Shown here: in pieces, positions 45,419-55,011 of the stretch
How the letters are laid out: each line of letters opens with the position of its first letter
How positions within the stretch are numbered: position 1 is the first letter of the stretch
Source: Acidobacteriota bacterium
GTDB lineage: Bacteria; Acidobacteriota; Thermoanaerobaculia; Thermoanaerobaculales; Sulfomarinibacteraceae
Assembly (NCBI GenBank): GCA_024641545.1
Contig: JAHECW010000001.1
Coordinates: 558-64,557, forward strand
Direction of reading: 5' to 3'
Length of the DNA: 64,000 nt
Program-made: the position numbers and the translations under genes
The notes under the pieces: generated by a model
Told to the model about the DNA's origin: nothing
Database searches by the model: none
What the model saw: the letters and a program-made list of their open reading frames with translations, nothing else

Positions 45419-45497
45419 TCATCATTTTTCTTCTTAGTATTTTTGATCATTTGCTCAAATGAAATCATATAATCGAAATCTAGAGAAAGGAAAAGCA
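45419..45497. promoter_or_regulatory. AT-rich island with a perfect TATAAT and an embedded palindrome
   Basis: TTGATC (45443-45448), palindrome CATTTGCTCAAATG (45448-45461), TATAAT (45468-45473). The -35 to -10 spacing is 19 nt, which is long. Lies upstream of the EamA gene at 45565. Confidence 0.4.
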
Positions 45498-45564
45498 GCG
45501 TCGGCACGAAGCCGAGCGCCGCGGCACTTGCGGCGGTCCGAATGTGCCGTAGAATCGGCCGGCC

Positions 45565-46467
45565 ATGGCGACACCATTTCTCCACGCCGGTGAGGTTGCG
45601 GCGCTCGGGACGGCCGTCTGCTGGACCGCGAGCAGCCTCGCCTTCGAGGCCGCCGGCCGCCGCGTCGGATCGCTGGCGGTGAATCTGATCCGGCTGGTGA
45701 TGGCCGTGTTTCTCCTCGGCGCCTTCACCATGGTCACCCGCGGAATGCCGCTGCCGCTCGACGCGAGCGCGCACGCATGGCTGTGGCTCGCGCTCTCGGG
45801 TCTGGTCGGCTTCACCATCGGCGATCTGTGCCTGTTTCGCGCCTTTGTCGTCGTCGGCGCCCGGGTCTCGATGCTGCTGATGACCCTGGTTCCGGTGATC
45901 ACCGCCGCGGCGGGTTACCTGGTCATGGGCGAGGTACTGTCGCCGACTCAGCTGCTCGGCATGGCGCTGACCATCGCCGGCGTGTCGACGGTCGTGTGGG
46001 AACGTCGGCGCAATGCCGAGGGCGGTCTCGAGCGCCTGCCGGTGAGCGGCGTTCTGCTCGGGTTGGCGGGCGCGGCCGGGCAGGCCGTCGGGTTGGTGCT
46101 CTCGAAGGTCGGCATGGGAAACTACGACGCCTTCGCCGCCACCCACATCCGCGTCATCGCCGGCTGCGTCGGTTTTGCGGTGGTGTTCACGCTCACCGGT
46201 TGGTGGCCGCGGGTGCGGTCCGCGGTCAGGGACCGTCGCGCCATGGCCGTCACCGGGGTCGGCGCGGTGTTCGGGCCGTTTCTCGGCGTCTCGCTCTCGC
46301 TGCTCGCGGTCAAGCTCACCGAAGCGGGGGTGGCGGCGACCCTCATGGCGCTCGCCCCGGTGCTGATCATTCCGGTCTCGGTCGTGGCGTTTCGGGAGCG
46401 CATTGCCTGGCCGACAATCATCGGCGCCGCCGTCGCGGTCAGCGGCAGCGCCCTGCTCTTCCTTTGA
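45565..46467 (+). CDS. DMT-superfamily (EamA-like) transporter
   Basis: 300 aa, 10 predicted TM segments as two EamA-like halves. Confidence 0.8.
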   Translation: MATPFLHAGEVAALGTAVCWTASSLAFEAAGRRVGSLAVNLIRLVMAVFLLGAFTMVTRGMPLPLDASAHAWLWLALSGLVGFTIGDLCLFRAFVVVGARVSMLLMTLVPVITAAAGYLVMGEVLSPTQLLGMALTIAGVSTVVWERRRNAEGGLERLPVSGVLLGLAGAAGQAVGLVLSKVGMGNYDAFAATHIRVIAGCVGFAVVFTLTGWWPRVRSAVRDRRAMAVTGVGAVFGPFLGVSLSLLAVKLTEAGVAATLMALAPVLIIPVSVVAFRERIAWPTIIGAAVAVSGSALLFL

Positions 46468-46579
46468 ACGCTGCGATGAGTGTCGCATCCCAGGTTCAAG
46501 ACTGCGTTCCGACGGGTGGCGGGAGCGTGAAGGCCGCAATGTGATTCGTGCCGGCCTCGTTGTGTTGTAGTCTGCGGTC

Positions 46580-48862
46580 GTGGCCGACGTTCGACCCGTT
46601 CCGGAACTGCTGGCGCCTGCCGGTGCTCCCAGCTGCCTTCCCGCAGCGGTGGCCGGCGGCGCCGATGCCGTCTACCTCGGCGTCGGCCGTTTTTCGGCCC
46701 GCGCCCGGGCACAGAACTTCGAGCTCGAACTTCTCGCCCATTACGTGGACTATCTCCACACCCACCGGCTGCGCTGCTACGTCACGCTGAACACGCTGCT
46801 CCGCGATCTCGAGCTGCCGGCGGCGGTGGCCACGACGGCGGCGGTGGCGAAAGCCGGAGCGGACGCCGTGATCCTCCAGGACCTGGGTCTGTGGCGGCTG
46901 ATCCGGCGCGAGTTCCCCGATCTCGAGATCCACGCATCGACCCAGATGACGGTCCACACCCCGGAGCAGATCGACGTTCTCGCCGATCTCGGAGCGCGCC
47001 GCATCATCCTCGCCCGCGAGCTCTCCCTCGCCGAGCTCGAGCAATGTGTGCAAACGGCCCGCCTGAGGAACGTCGAGGTCGAGTGCTTCGTGCACGGCGC
47101 GCTCTGTTACGCCTTCAGCGGCCAGTGCTCGATCTCGGCCCTCGCGACCGGACGGAGCGCCAACCGCGGCGCCTGCGAGCAGTGCTGCCGCTTCGACTTC
47201 GACGACGGTCACCGGCGGGGGCCGCTGCTCAGTCTGAGCGATCTCAATCTCCTCGACCACATCCCGCAACTCGCCGCCGCGGGCGTCGCCTGCCTCAAGA
47301 TCGAGGGCCGACTCAAAGGCCCCGAGTACGTCTACACCGTGTGCCGGGCGTATCGTGCGGCCCTCGATGCGTGGCAGCAGGGCGCCGCGCTGGACAGCGC
47401 GCCCTGGCAACGCCGCCTGCGCGAGGTCTTCGCCCGCCGGTTCACCACCGGGCCGATCAACGGCGAGCTCGGAGAGGGCTGCAGGGTCATGGGGTCGGAG
47501 TCGCCCGCCGAGCCCGATGCGCGGTTGCTTCGAGTGTCGCGGTCAAACGGCACCGCGGTGCTGGCGAGCGATCAGGAGATCCGGGCCGGCCAGGGTTTCG
47601 CCTACGTGCTCGCCGATGGCGCCGAGGGTGGTTTTCTGATCACCCACGCCCGCCCGGACGGTGACGGCCGGTGGCACTGCGCGATTCGAATCGCCGGCCG
47701 CGGCCCGCACCTGCCCGAGAATCTGGCCCTCAGGCGCAACATCGACCAACAGCACGACGCGGAGAGCAGACGGGAGATGGCTCGTTTCGCCGTGCCGCCG
47801 CCTCGGCCTCCGGCGGTCGGTCTGGAGATCGCGGTCGTGGCCCGGCTCGGACGCGCCCTCGTACTGAGGGCCCGGTCGGCCGACGGTCGATCCGTGGTGG
47901 TGCACGGCCCGGCGGTCGAGCGCGCCCGCGAACAGCCTCTGGACGAGCACCTGTTGCACACCACCGTCGGCGCCCTGGGCGGCTCCGGATTCCGGCCGGG
48001 AGGATGGACGCTCGAGCTCGATCCGGATGCCTTCGTCCCCGCCTCGATCCTCAAGGCGCTGCGGCGGGAGCTGGTGGCGAACCTCCTCGCGCAGCCGATT
48101 GCCGCGCCGCCCCAATGGAGATTGCCGGATTCCGGACAACTGGCCTGGCCGCCGCTCCTGGTCGCGGTGGCGGCGGATCTCGCGATGGCACACCGCCTGC
48201 GGGCCGCGGGCGCCCACCAGGTCTGGCTCGACGACCCCGACCTCGACCTGTGGCGGGAACATCCACCGCAGCTCGGGTCGACCTTCCCGGGACTGTGGCT
48301 GCGCCACCCGGCGACGGCGCCGGTGTCGCCGCACCTCAAAGCGATCGGCCTTCCGGTTGCGGCCGGTCATCTCGGAGTGCTGCGCGCGGCCGTGGAGGCG
48401 GGTTTGGACGTCGTTGCGGATCTCGGCCTCAACGTCGCCAATCACGCGGCCGCCGACGCCGTTGCGGAACTCGGCGCAACGGCGGCGGTCGTGAGCCTGG
48501 AGAGCCACGGCGAGCACATCCTCGATCTGACGGCGCGCACCCGGATTCCGTGCCTTGCGGTCGCGGCAGGGCGGCGGCTCCTCATGTCGTCGAGGCAGGA
48601 TCACGGCCTGCCGGCGGGGCAGCGGCGCCGGCTGACCGCAGTGCAAAGTCGACTCCCCTACTCCATCGAGCGCCACGTCGCTGGTGTCACCCTGATCCGC
48701 GAAGCCGGGGACTTCGACGATCTGCGCAGCTTCGCCGCCGTGCTGCCGAATCTGGCCGGCGTCGTGCTCGAGACCGGAGCGCTGCCGGGGGACCGGGCGG
48801 TGGCGCTGGTCGGCCGGGCCCTGGAGGTGATGAGCGCCGCGTCCAGGGGTGTCGACCCGTGA
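46580..48862 (+). CDS. Long-form peptidase-U32-family protein (Fe-S type, RlhA/UbiU-UbiV-like) with a duplicated barrel
   Basis: PELLAPAG...AGADAVYLG, IHASTQMTVH, and the Cys cluster CYAFSGQCSISALATGRSANRGACEQCC. The C-terminal half shows a second U32-like region. GTG start. Confidence 0.8.
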   Translation: MADVRPVPELLAPAGAPSCLPAAVAGGADAVYLGVGRFSARARAQNFELELLAHYVDYLHTHRLRCYVTLNTLLRDLELPAAVATTAAVAKAGADAVILQDLGLWRLIRREFPDLEIHASTQMTVHTPEQIDVLADLGARRIILARELSLAELEQCVQTARLRNVEVECFVHGALCYAFSGQCSISALATGRSANRGACEQCCRFDFDDGHRRGPLLSLSDLNLLDHIPQLAAAGVACLKIEGRLKGPEYVYTVCRAYRAALDAWQQGAALDSAPWQRRLREVFARRFTTGPINGELGEGCRVMGSESPAEPDARLLRVSRSNGTAVLASDQEIRAGQGFAYVLADGAEGGFLITHARPDGDGRWHCAIRIAGRGPHLPENLALRRNIDQQHDAESRREMARFAVPPPRPPAVGLEIAVVARLGRALVLRARSADGRSVVVHGPAVERAREQPLDEHLLHTTVGALGGSGFRPGGWTLELDPDAFVPASILKALRRELVANLLAQPIAAPPQWRLPDSGQLAWPPLLVAVAADLAMAHRLRAAGAHQVWLDDPDLDLWREHPPQLGSTFPGLWLRHPATAPVSPHLKAIGLPVAAGHLGVLRAAVEAGLDVVADLGLNVANHAAADAVAELGATAAVVSLESHGEHILDLTARTRIPCLAVAAGRRLLMSSRQDHGLPAGQRRRLTAVQSRLPYSIERHVAGVTLIREAGDFDDLRSFAAVLPNLAGVVLETGALPGDRAVALVGRALEVMSAASRGVDP

Positions 48863-48955
48863 CCAGGGGCGGGGGTGGGCTGAACCCTTCCATCACCCGC
48901 ACCGTCACCCACCGCCGCCCGGCGCCGATCGCGCAAAGCCGGCACGGCACAGGGG

Positions 48956-49714
48956 TCAGAGCAGGAACGGGATCAGGGCTTTTCGCCGACGGGGATAGTC
49001 GGGAAACTCAGCCCGGTACCAGCGGTGGTGCGCGAGGGCGCGCGGCACGAGGTTGGCAACGGTGAACACGGCGAACGCCACTGCCGCCGGCGATCTCGAC
49101 GCCAGCGCCCAGCCCGACCACTCGACGATTTCACCGAGGTAGTTCGGACAGGTGATCCATCGAAACCCTCCGCCCTGCGGGATGCGGTAACCGGCCTCTC
49201 CGGAGCCTCGCAGCCGGATCAACCGGTTGTCCGACGACCCGTTCAGCAGCCACCCGCCGACGAAAACCACGATGCCGATCCACAGCCAAGGGCCGCTGCC
49301 GGCGCCGCCGGCGAACGGGCCGAGGTGGGAGATCCAGCGCGCGTTGAGGTAGGCGTTGAGGAGGTTGAACGTAAAGCCCATCGCGACCACCGACAACGGC
49401 ATCGGGCGACCCGCCGAACGCATCCGGAACGGGTAGACGAACGCGCGCCGGACATAGTGCAGCATCCAGGTCGCCAGCAGCGCCAGCGGAACCGGCTCGA
49501 AGCGCAGATCGCCCACGGCGTAGACCGCCGCGAAGAAAAGGACCGCGGGGCTTTCCATCAACACCCACCCGGTGCGGCTCGCCACCGTCGGCCCCCAGCC
49601 CGGACGAGCGTGGCGGCCGTACGGCGCCGTCACGAACAAGAGGGCGAAAAAGCTCAAACCGGCCGCGATGTAGACCACGACTATCAACCACCCGAAGAAC
49701 GAGACCTCGTTCAC
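48956..49714 (-). CDS. 3-oxo-5-alpha-steroid 4-dehydrogenase (SRD5A)-family membrane protein
   Basis: 252 aa. YRIPQGGGFRWITCPNYLGEIVEWSGWAL is typical of the steroid 5-alpha-reductase family. GTG start. Confidence 0.8.
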   Translation of the reverse strand: MNEVSFFGWLIVVVYIAAGLSFFALLFVTAPYGRHARPGWGPTVASRTGWVLMESPAVLFFAAVYAVGDLRFEPVPLALLATWMLHYVRRAFVYPFRMRSAGRPMPLSVVAMGFTFNLLNAYLNARWISHLGPFAGGAGSGPWLWIGIVVFVGGWLLNGSSDNRLIRLRGSGEAGYRIPQGGGFRWITCPNYLGEIVEWSGWALASRSPAAVAFAVFTVANLVPRALAHHRWYRAEFPDYPRRRKALIPFLL

Positions 49715-49992
49715 CGTCGGCCCGCCGGCAGTCTGCCGCCGCCCGACCGGGCGGCAACGACGGCCGAGCCTGCGCTCGACCCGGTTTCCAAGGCTCGAGC
49801 CGAAACCGCAGCGACGGCGGTCAATCTCGAGAGCGGCGGTTGGGATTCCATCGCCGCTCAGTGTAGCCTGCTTCCAGGATCAACCGTCTCCCGCGATGGG
49901 TGTCGGAAGCGGCCGCTGAGATTTCCGCCGCATCGGCTCCAATCGTGGATTACGAACGGTCCCGTTTACGTTGCACAGGGCCGGAGGTGCTC

Positions 49993-50457
49993 ATGGCGGT
50001 CGAATTCGATTTTTCCAGGCTCGACGGGATGGATGTGCTTGACCTCGCGTGTTTCATCGAACGGGAAGCTGCGGGCAACTACCTGCAGTTGGCCTCCTGG
50101 GCCGAAAGGCACAGCCCCGGCGCAGCAGAGTTCTTTCAGCGGATGGCTCGCCTCGAAGGGCAGCACGACAGTCAGATCGAGCAGCGGCGGCGGGCATTGT
50201 ACGGCGATCAGCCCTCCCGCTACATCGACAGCGCACCGTGGGAGGTGGAGGTGCCCGACTTCGACAAGGTCGGCACATCGTTCACTCTCGAGCAGGCGTA
50301 CGCTCTGGCCCTCGGCGCCGAGGAGCGGGCGGAAGCGTACTTTCGCCAGGCGGTGGACTATATCTCCGACCCGCAAACCGTCAAGATTCTCGAGGGTCTC
50401 GCTGCGGAGGAGCTCGAACACCAGCGTCTGCTGAAAATCGAGATGGCAACCGACTGA
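49993..50457 (+). CDS. Ferritin-like / rubrerythrin-domain protein
   Basis: 154 aa. ExxH-type helices (RLEGQHDSQ, AAEELEHQRLL). GGAGG RBS before ATG 49993. Confidence 0.65.
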   Translation: MAVEFDFSRLDGMDVLDLACFIEREAAGNYLQLASWAERHSPGAAEFFQRMARLEGQHDSQIEQRRRALYGDQPSRYIDSAPWEVEVPDFDKVGTSFTLEQAYALALGAEERAEAYFRQAVDYISDPQTVKILEGLAAEELEHQRLLKIEMATD

Positions 50458-50594
50458 CCATCCCCATCGCCGGGAAATCGGCGAGCACGGGGGCCTCAGG
50501 AGGATCGCGACGGGCATCGTCGATTCTGTCCCGTCGATCACGTCTGCGCTCCACGGACGGGCCGGGTGAGATACCATCGGTTGAGGAGAAGCCG

Positions 50595-51803
50595 GTGGCA
50601 CCAACCGAGGCAAGGGAACCCGAAACCGGTGGCCTAGGGCAGGCCAGGCTGCAGGAGATCATCACCCGACTGAAAGAGGTTCGGCGAAGGTGCGCCAACG
50701 ATCCGTTGGCGGCAGGCCGGCGAAACGCAGCGGTGGAAGGTCTGGCCGACGTTCTTGCCGATCTCGAGGCACGTTTGGAGTCGGCCTCCGAACCAACCAG
50801 GGTCGAATACCTCAACCTCCGCCTGGCGACGGTCGAGCGGCGGTTCGAGGCCATGGGTTCCCGCGGCGTCGCTCTCGTCGTCGCCAGCATCCGGAGCTCG
50901 CTGGCGGCACTTCCAGAGGACCCGAGCCCGGAGGAAGAACCACCACCGCCGCGCCGGTTCCAACCTTCTCCCACCTCCGCCGTCCGCCGACGCCGGCCGC
51001 GGCCGAAGACCCGACAACGCCCCGCCGAGGCGCCGGCAGCCACCCGCAAAGGGCGGTTCGGGTGGCTGCGCATGACGATCCTCATCGCCGGTGCGATCGC
51101 AGTCGCCGCGGTGGGGTATTTCCGATGGATCGAGCCTCGAATCGCGACGGCGACCCAACCCGAACGGGGCGTGATCGAGCAACCGGTACTTTCCACGAGC
51201 TCGACATCAGCCGGCCCGGTGCCCGCCCCCGCGCGATCCGGACCTGACCAAGAGTCCGACGCCCACGAGGAGGACATGGCGCGGTTCACCTTCGAGATGA
51301 GCCTCGCCGAATCGAGCCTGCAGGAGGGGGATCTCCACCGTTCGCTCCGACACTTCGCCGCCGCAGCCGCGATCGATCGTCGAAACCGCCGGGTCGCAGG
51401 CATGGGGAAGTCCCTGATCGCCGCCATCCTGCACCAGGCGGACGTGGCGTGGGAAAACGGGGACCGGGACCTGGCGGGGAAGCGGGTCCTCGACGCCCGC
51501 AGCATCGCTCGCGGCCTCCAACTCGTCGGCTCGACCGCCGACGGCCCCGCCGCGCAGAGCGAGAACGCGGCTCGATTCGAGGACATCTCGGAACCCGCCG
51601 GCGAGTCGCTTCAACCGGCGGTCGGTCACGTCGTTCGGTTGACTCTCAAGACGAGCGACGTGATCTTCGGCTACCTCATCAAAATCGACGACGACATCCT
51701 GGTTCTCGATGCCTACTCCGGGGCCAAGGGCCCGGGAATCGACTCCGCCGTCGCGATCCTGGCATCGACGATCAAGGAGGTCCGGGTCTACGACGCGGCC
51801 TGA
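50595..51803 (+). CDS. Hypothetical single-pass membrane protein with a Pro/Arg-rich linker and a C-terminal small beta-domain
   Basis: GAGGAG RBS 6 nt before GTG 50595. TM segment WLRMTILIAGAIAVAAVGYF. C-terminus VVRLTLKTSDVIFGYLIKIDDDILVLD. The start is uncertain. Confidence 0.45.
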   Translation: MAPTEAREPETGGLGQARLQEIITRLKEVRRRCANDPLAAGRRNAAVEGLADVLADLEARLESASEPTRVEYLNLRLATVERRFEAMGSRGVALVVASIRSSLAALPEDPSPEEEPPPPRRFQPSPTSAVRRRRPRPKTRQRPAEAPAATRKGRFGWLRMTILIAGAIAVAAVGYFRWIEPRIATATQPERGVIEQPVLSTSSTSAGPVPAPARSGPDQESDAHEEDMARFTFEMSLAESSLQEGDLHRSLRHFAAAAAIDRRNRRVAGMGKSLIAAILHQADVAWENGDRDLAGKRVLDARSIARGLQLVGSTADGPAAQSENAARFEDISEPAGESLQPAVGHVVRLTLKTSDVIFGYLIKIDDDILVLDAYSGAKGPGIDSAVAILASTIKEVRVYDAA

Positions 51804-51879
51804 TCTCCGGAAATCCCGATCGGGCGCCGTGGAAATCGGATCGATCCGCGGTTCCGGAGCGCTCGGCGGCGCCGGCGCA

Positions 51880-52347
51880 TCAACCCAGGCGTTCCATGGC
51901 GAAACGAAAACCGAGCGTCGCCGCCGCCGCAGCCGCGAGGAGCCCGGCGGCGAAGCAACCGAGCACGATCCGAGACGCGCGCCAGAGCGGCTCGCCGGAT
52001 TCGCCGCGATCGAGGTGTCGTCCCCGTCTGACAACCACGAGAATGCAGAAGAGGTTGACGGTGACTGCGGTCGCGCCGAAGAGGATCTTGATGATGTGAA
52101 GGCCGGACAGGTGGTCGATCGAGAGCGCGAGGGCGACGCCGGTGGCGATCACCGCCACGACCAACGGAAGTTCGACCAAGAGATCGATCCAGTAGTGAAA
52201 TCGAATGGCGGCGGCGTGCAGCTCCGGTCTTCGAAACGGGACGACCTCGACGACGGCCTCGGTTGCGACGACCCCTCCCCACAACGACAGCACCATCAGG
52301 TGGACCATGGCCAACACATCGACGATCTGAGTCTGCATGATCGACAA
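51880..52347 (-). CDS. Hypothetical 4-TM membrane protein
   Basis: 155 aa with four hydrophobic helices. I recognise no family. Confidence 0.5.
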   Translation of the reverse strand: MSIMQTQIVDVLAMVHLMVLSLWGGVVATEAVVEVVPFRRPELHAAAIRFHYWIDLLVELPLVVAVIATGVALALSIDHLSGLHIIKILFGATAVTVNLFCILVVVRRGRHLDRGESGEPLWRASRIVLGCFAAGLLAAAAAATLGFRFAMERLG

Positions 52348-52421
52348 CCTCCCGAATCGGTTACCGCATCATAACTCCCCAATTCGATAAGCGTCCGATC
52401 CGACCGGCCCCCCGGGCGCCG

Positions 52422-52943
52422 TCACTTGAGGATGCTTCTCTTGGCGTTGTACAGCGAGCGGATGGCCGAGAACTCACGGTGGTCGAACTTGAGCTCCGTG
52501 GCGATCCTTCGCACCTCGCTCTCCTCGACCAGCGATATCGAGTCATCAGCGGCCGAGACCTCGAAGAGACAGTGCAGGAGCCGTTCCTTCTGGTCCCGGT
52601 CGGAGATCCTGTTGAACTCCCTGGTCACCAGGTAGTTTTCGGTGCCGCCCTTGAGAAGCTGCTGCGACTTGGCGATCTGGACGACGAGGACGGCCTGCGC
52701 CTCGGTCAGCCCGCCGACCTCGCGCACGACCTCCTCCATCCTCCGGTTCTCGTCCTCGCTGATCTCCATGTCCGAGTTCGCGACCCTCGCCAGGACAAAG
52801 GCGAACGCCGCGAGGTACCGCGCCTCGCCGGGATCGAGGAGATCGAGCTGCCGACTGATCCGGCGCACCGTTTCGGTGTCGCTGGAGGACTGCGCCTCCG
52901 AGTCGTCTTTCCGACCGAACAGTTGACTCAAGAACGAAACCAC
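52422..52943 (-). CDS. TerB-family (tellurite-resistance-like) protein
   Basis: YLAAFAFVLARVANSDMEISEDENRRMEEV...LLHCLFEVSAADDSISLVEESEVRRIA. GGAGG sits 5 nt before GTG 52943, though ATG 52985 is also possible. Confidence 0.65.
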   Translation of the reverse strand: MVSFLSQLFGRKDDSEAQSSSDTETVRRISRQLDLLDPGEARYLAAFAFVLARVANSDMEISEDENRRMEEVVREVGGLTEAQAVLVVQIAKSQQLLKGGTENYLVTREFNRISDRDQKERLLHCLFEVSAADDSISLVEESEVRRIATELKFDHREFSAIRSLYNAKRSILK

Positions 52944-53028
52944 ATCCACCTCCGAGCAGGTCAGTGTACTGCAGCTGAATCTCATGGTCGAGACGAGCAC
53001 AACCCTTCCGCATGGGCCATAATGCCTC

Positions 53029-54072
53029 ATGCCTGACGATCCTCGTCCGCACCGCCGTCGCCCGCGCTACAAGGGAACCCACCCGCGGCGATTCGAGGAG
53101 AAATACAAGGAGCTCGATCCCCGCCGGTTCAACGAAGAAAAGCTGAAAGTGGAGGCCCGTGGGCAGACTCCGGCCGGCTCGCACCGGTCGATCATGGTCG
53201 AAGAAATCCTCGAACGGCTGGCGCCCGGTCCCGGCGAATCGGCGCTCGACGCGACACTGGGCTACGGAGGCCACGCTCGCGAGATCATGGCTCGCCTGCG
53301 GCCCGGCGGACACCTCGTCGGGCTCGACATGGATCCCATCGAACTGCCCCGTACCGAGGCTCGGCTGCGCGGGGAGGGATTCGGCCCCGAGATCTTTTCC
53401 GCGCGGCGAGTCAACTTCGCCGGACTCCCGGCGTTGATCCCCCAGACCGGATCGTTCGACTGCATCCTCGCGGACCTGGGGGCGAGCTCGATGCAGATCG
53501 ACGACCCGCTTCGGGGATTCACATACAAGACCGACGGGCCTCTCGATCTGCGGTTCAATCCTCGACGCGGGAGACCGGCCTCGGAGCTGCTCGCGGGTCT
53601 GTCGGAGCTCGAGCTGACCGAGCTCCTGAAGACCAACTCCGACGAGCCCTTCGCGCGGCAGATCGCCCACACGTTGTGCAGCGCGGACGAGCCCGTTTCC
53701 CGCACTCGGCAGCTCGCCGATCTCATTCGAGGTGCGTTGAAAACGGCCGGTTTCGACCACACCGCACCGCAGACCCGGGCGTCGCTGCAACGTTGCTTCC
53801 AGGCCCTGCGGATCGCTGTCAACGACGAAGGCGGCGCGCTGGACCAGTTCCTCGCCTACGTCCCCGCCGCCCTCAAGCCCGGCGGCCGCGTGGCCGTCCT
53901 CAGTTTCCACAGCGGCGAAGACCGCCGGGTGAAGAAGGCCTTCCTGGAGGGGCTCCGAACGGGGATCTTCGCGGAGATTGCTGCGGCACCCGAGCGTCCG
54001 TCCTCCGCCGAGCGGCGGGACAACCCGCGCTCGTCGTCGGCAAAGCTGCGGTGGGCGGTGAGGCAACGATGA
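53029..54072 (+). CDS. rsmH: RsmH/MraW-family SAM-dependent methyltransferase with a ~50-aa basic N-terminal extension
   Basis: HRSIMVEEILERLAP...LDATLGYGGHAREI, DLGASSMQIDDPLRGF, LSFHSGEDRRVK, NPRSSSAKLR. Confidence 0.75.
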   Translation: MPDDPRPHRRRPRYKGTHPRRFEEKYKELDPRRFNEEKLKVEARGQTPAGSHRSIMVEEILERLAPGPGESALDATLGYGGHAREIMARLRPGGHLVGLDMDPIELPRTEARLRGEGFGPEIFSARRVNFAGLPALIPQTGSFDCILADLGASSMQIDDPLRGFTYKTDGPLDLRFNPRRGRPASELLAGLSELELTELLKTNSDEPFARQIAHTLCSADEPVSRTRQLADLIRGALKTAGFDHTAPQTRASLQRCFQALRIAVNDEGGALDQFLAYVPAALKPGGRVAVLSFHSGEDRRVKKAFLEGLRTGIFAEIAAAPERPSSAERRDNPRSSSAKLRWAVRQR

Positions 54073-54276
54073 TGATGGATGGTTGCCGCGCTCAAAGCCG
54101 TAGACCTTGCTCGGGTTCGGAAGGTCATCAACCCGTGGGAATCCGCCGCCGGAACGGTGATCCCGAATCGTGGGTGCCTTCGTGGTGTTAGACTCCGTCG
54201 ATGAAATCCGACATCCTTGTTCCTCATGCGCCGTCCGCACCTACCATCGGCGACGGCCGGTGAAAAGGAGACAGAT

Positions 54277-55011
54277 GTGAAACGGGTCATCGTGGTCATG
54301 GTTCTGGCGGCGGGTCCGGCTCTCGCGGACGACGTCCACCTGCGGGGAGGCGGTCGGATCACGGGTCAGATCATCGAGCAGACCGACGACTCCGTGACGG
54401 TCGATATCGGCGGGGGAAGCATCACCGCGAAGATGTCCACCGTGGTGAGCATCGAAAAGAGCACCTCTCCGCTCCAGGAGTACCGCGCGCGGGCCGCCAA
54501 GGTGCCCGCCGGCGACGCCGAGGCGTGGCGGGAGCTGGCGCGCTGGGCCAGGGGTTACGCGCTGTCGAGCCAGGCGCGAGAGGCCTATCGCGAGGTGGTG
54601 GCGATCCTGCCCGACGATGAGGAGGCGAACACGGCTCTCGGGATGGTCCGGGTCAACGGGAAATGGATCACCGAGGAGGAAAGCTACCGCGCTCGAGGGT
54701 ATGTGCAGTTCGAAGGCAAGTGGATGACCCCGGCGGAGCAGCAGTCCATCGTCGCAGACCGCCAGGCCCGGCAGGCTCAGGCCGAGGCCGATCGCCAGGC
54801 GAACGCAGCCGAGGTCCAGCAGATCGAGGCGCAACAGCAGGCGGACAAGCAACGGCAGGAAGAAGAGCGCAACCGTTTGGACGCGAACAACAACAGTTAC
54901 TACAACAACAACACGGTCAACTGGGGCTGGGGCGCCGGGCCGGGCTACTGGCACAACCCTACGCAACAACCGCAACAGTGGCCGCAGAATCCGGCCACGC
55001 GGGGGCGATGA
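54277..55011 (+). CDS. Secreted protein with an N-terminal beta-domain, a Gln/Ala coiled-coil region and an Asn/Gln/Trp-rich tail
   Basis: AAGGAG sits 6 nt before GTG 54277. Signal peptide VKRVIVVMVLAAGPALA. Ends ...NNNSYYNNNTVNWGWGAGPGYWHNPTQQPQQWPQNP. Confidence 0.55.
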   Translation: MKRVIVVMVLAAGPALADDVHLRGGGRITGQIIEQTDDSVTVDIGGGSITAKMSTVVSIEKSTSPLQEYRARAAKVPAGDAEAWRELARWARGYALSSQAREAYREVVAILPDDEEANTALGMVRVNGKWITEEESYRARGYVQFEGKWMTPAEQQSIVADRQARQAQAEADRQANAAEVQQIEAQQQADKQRQEEERNRLDANNNSYYNNNTVNWGWGAGPGYWHNPTQQPQQWPQNPATRGR

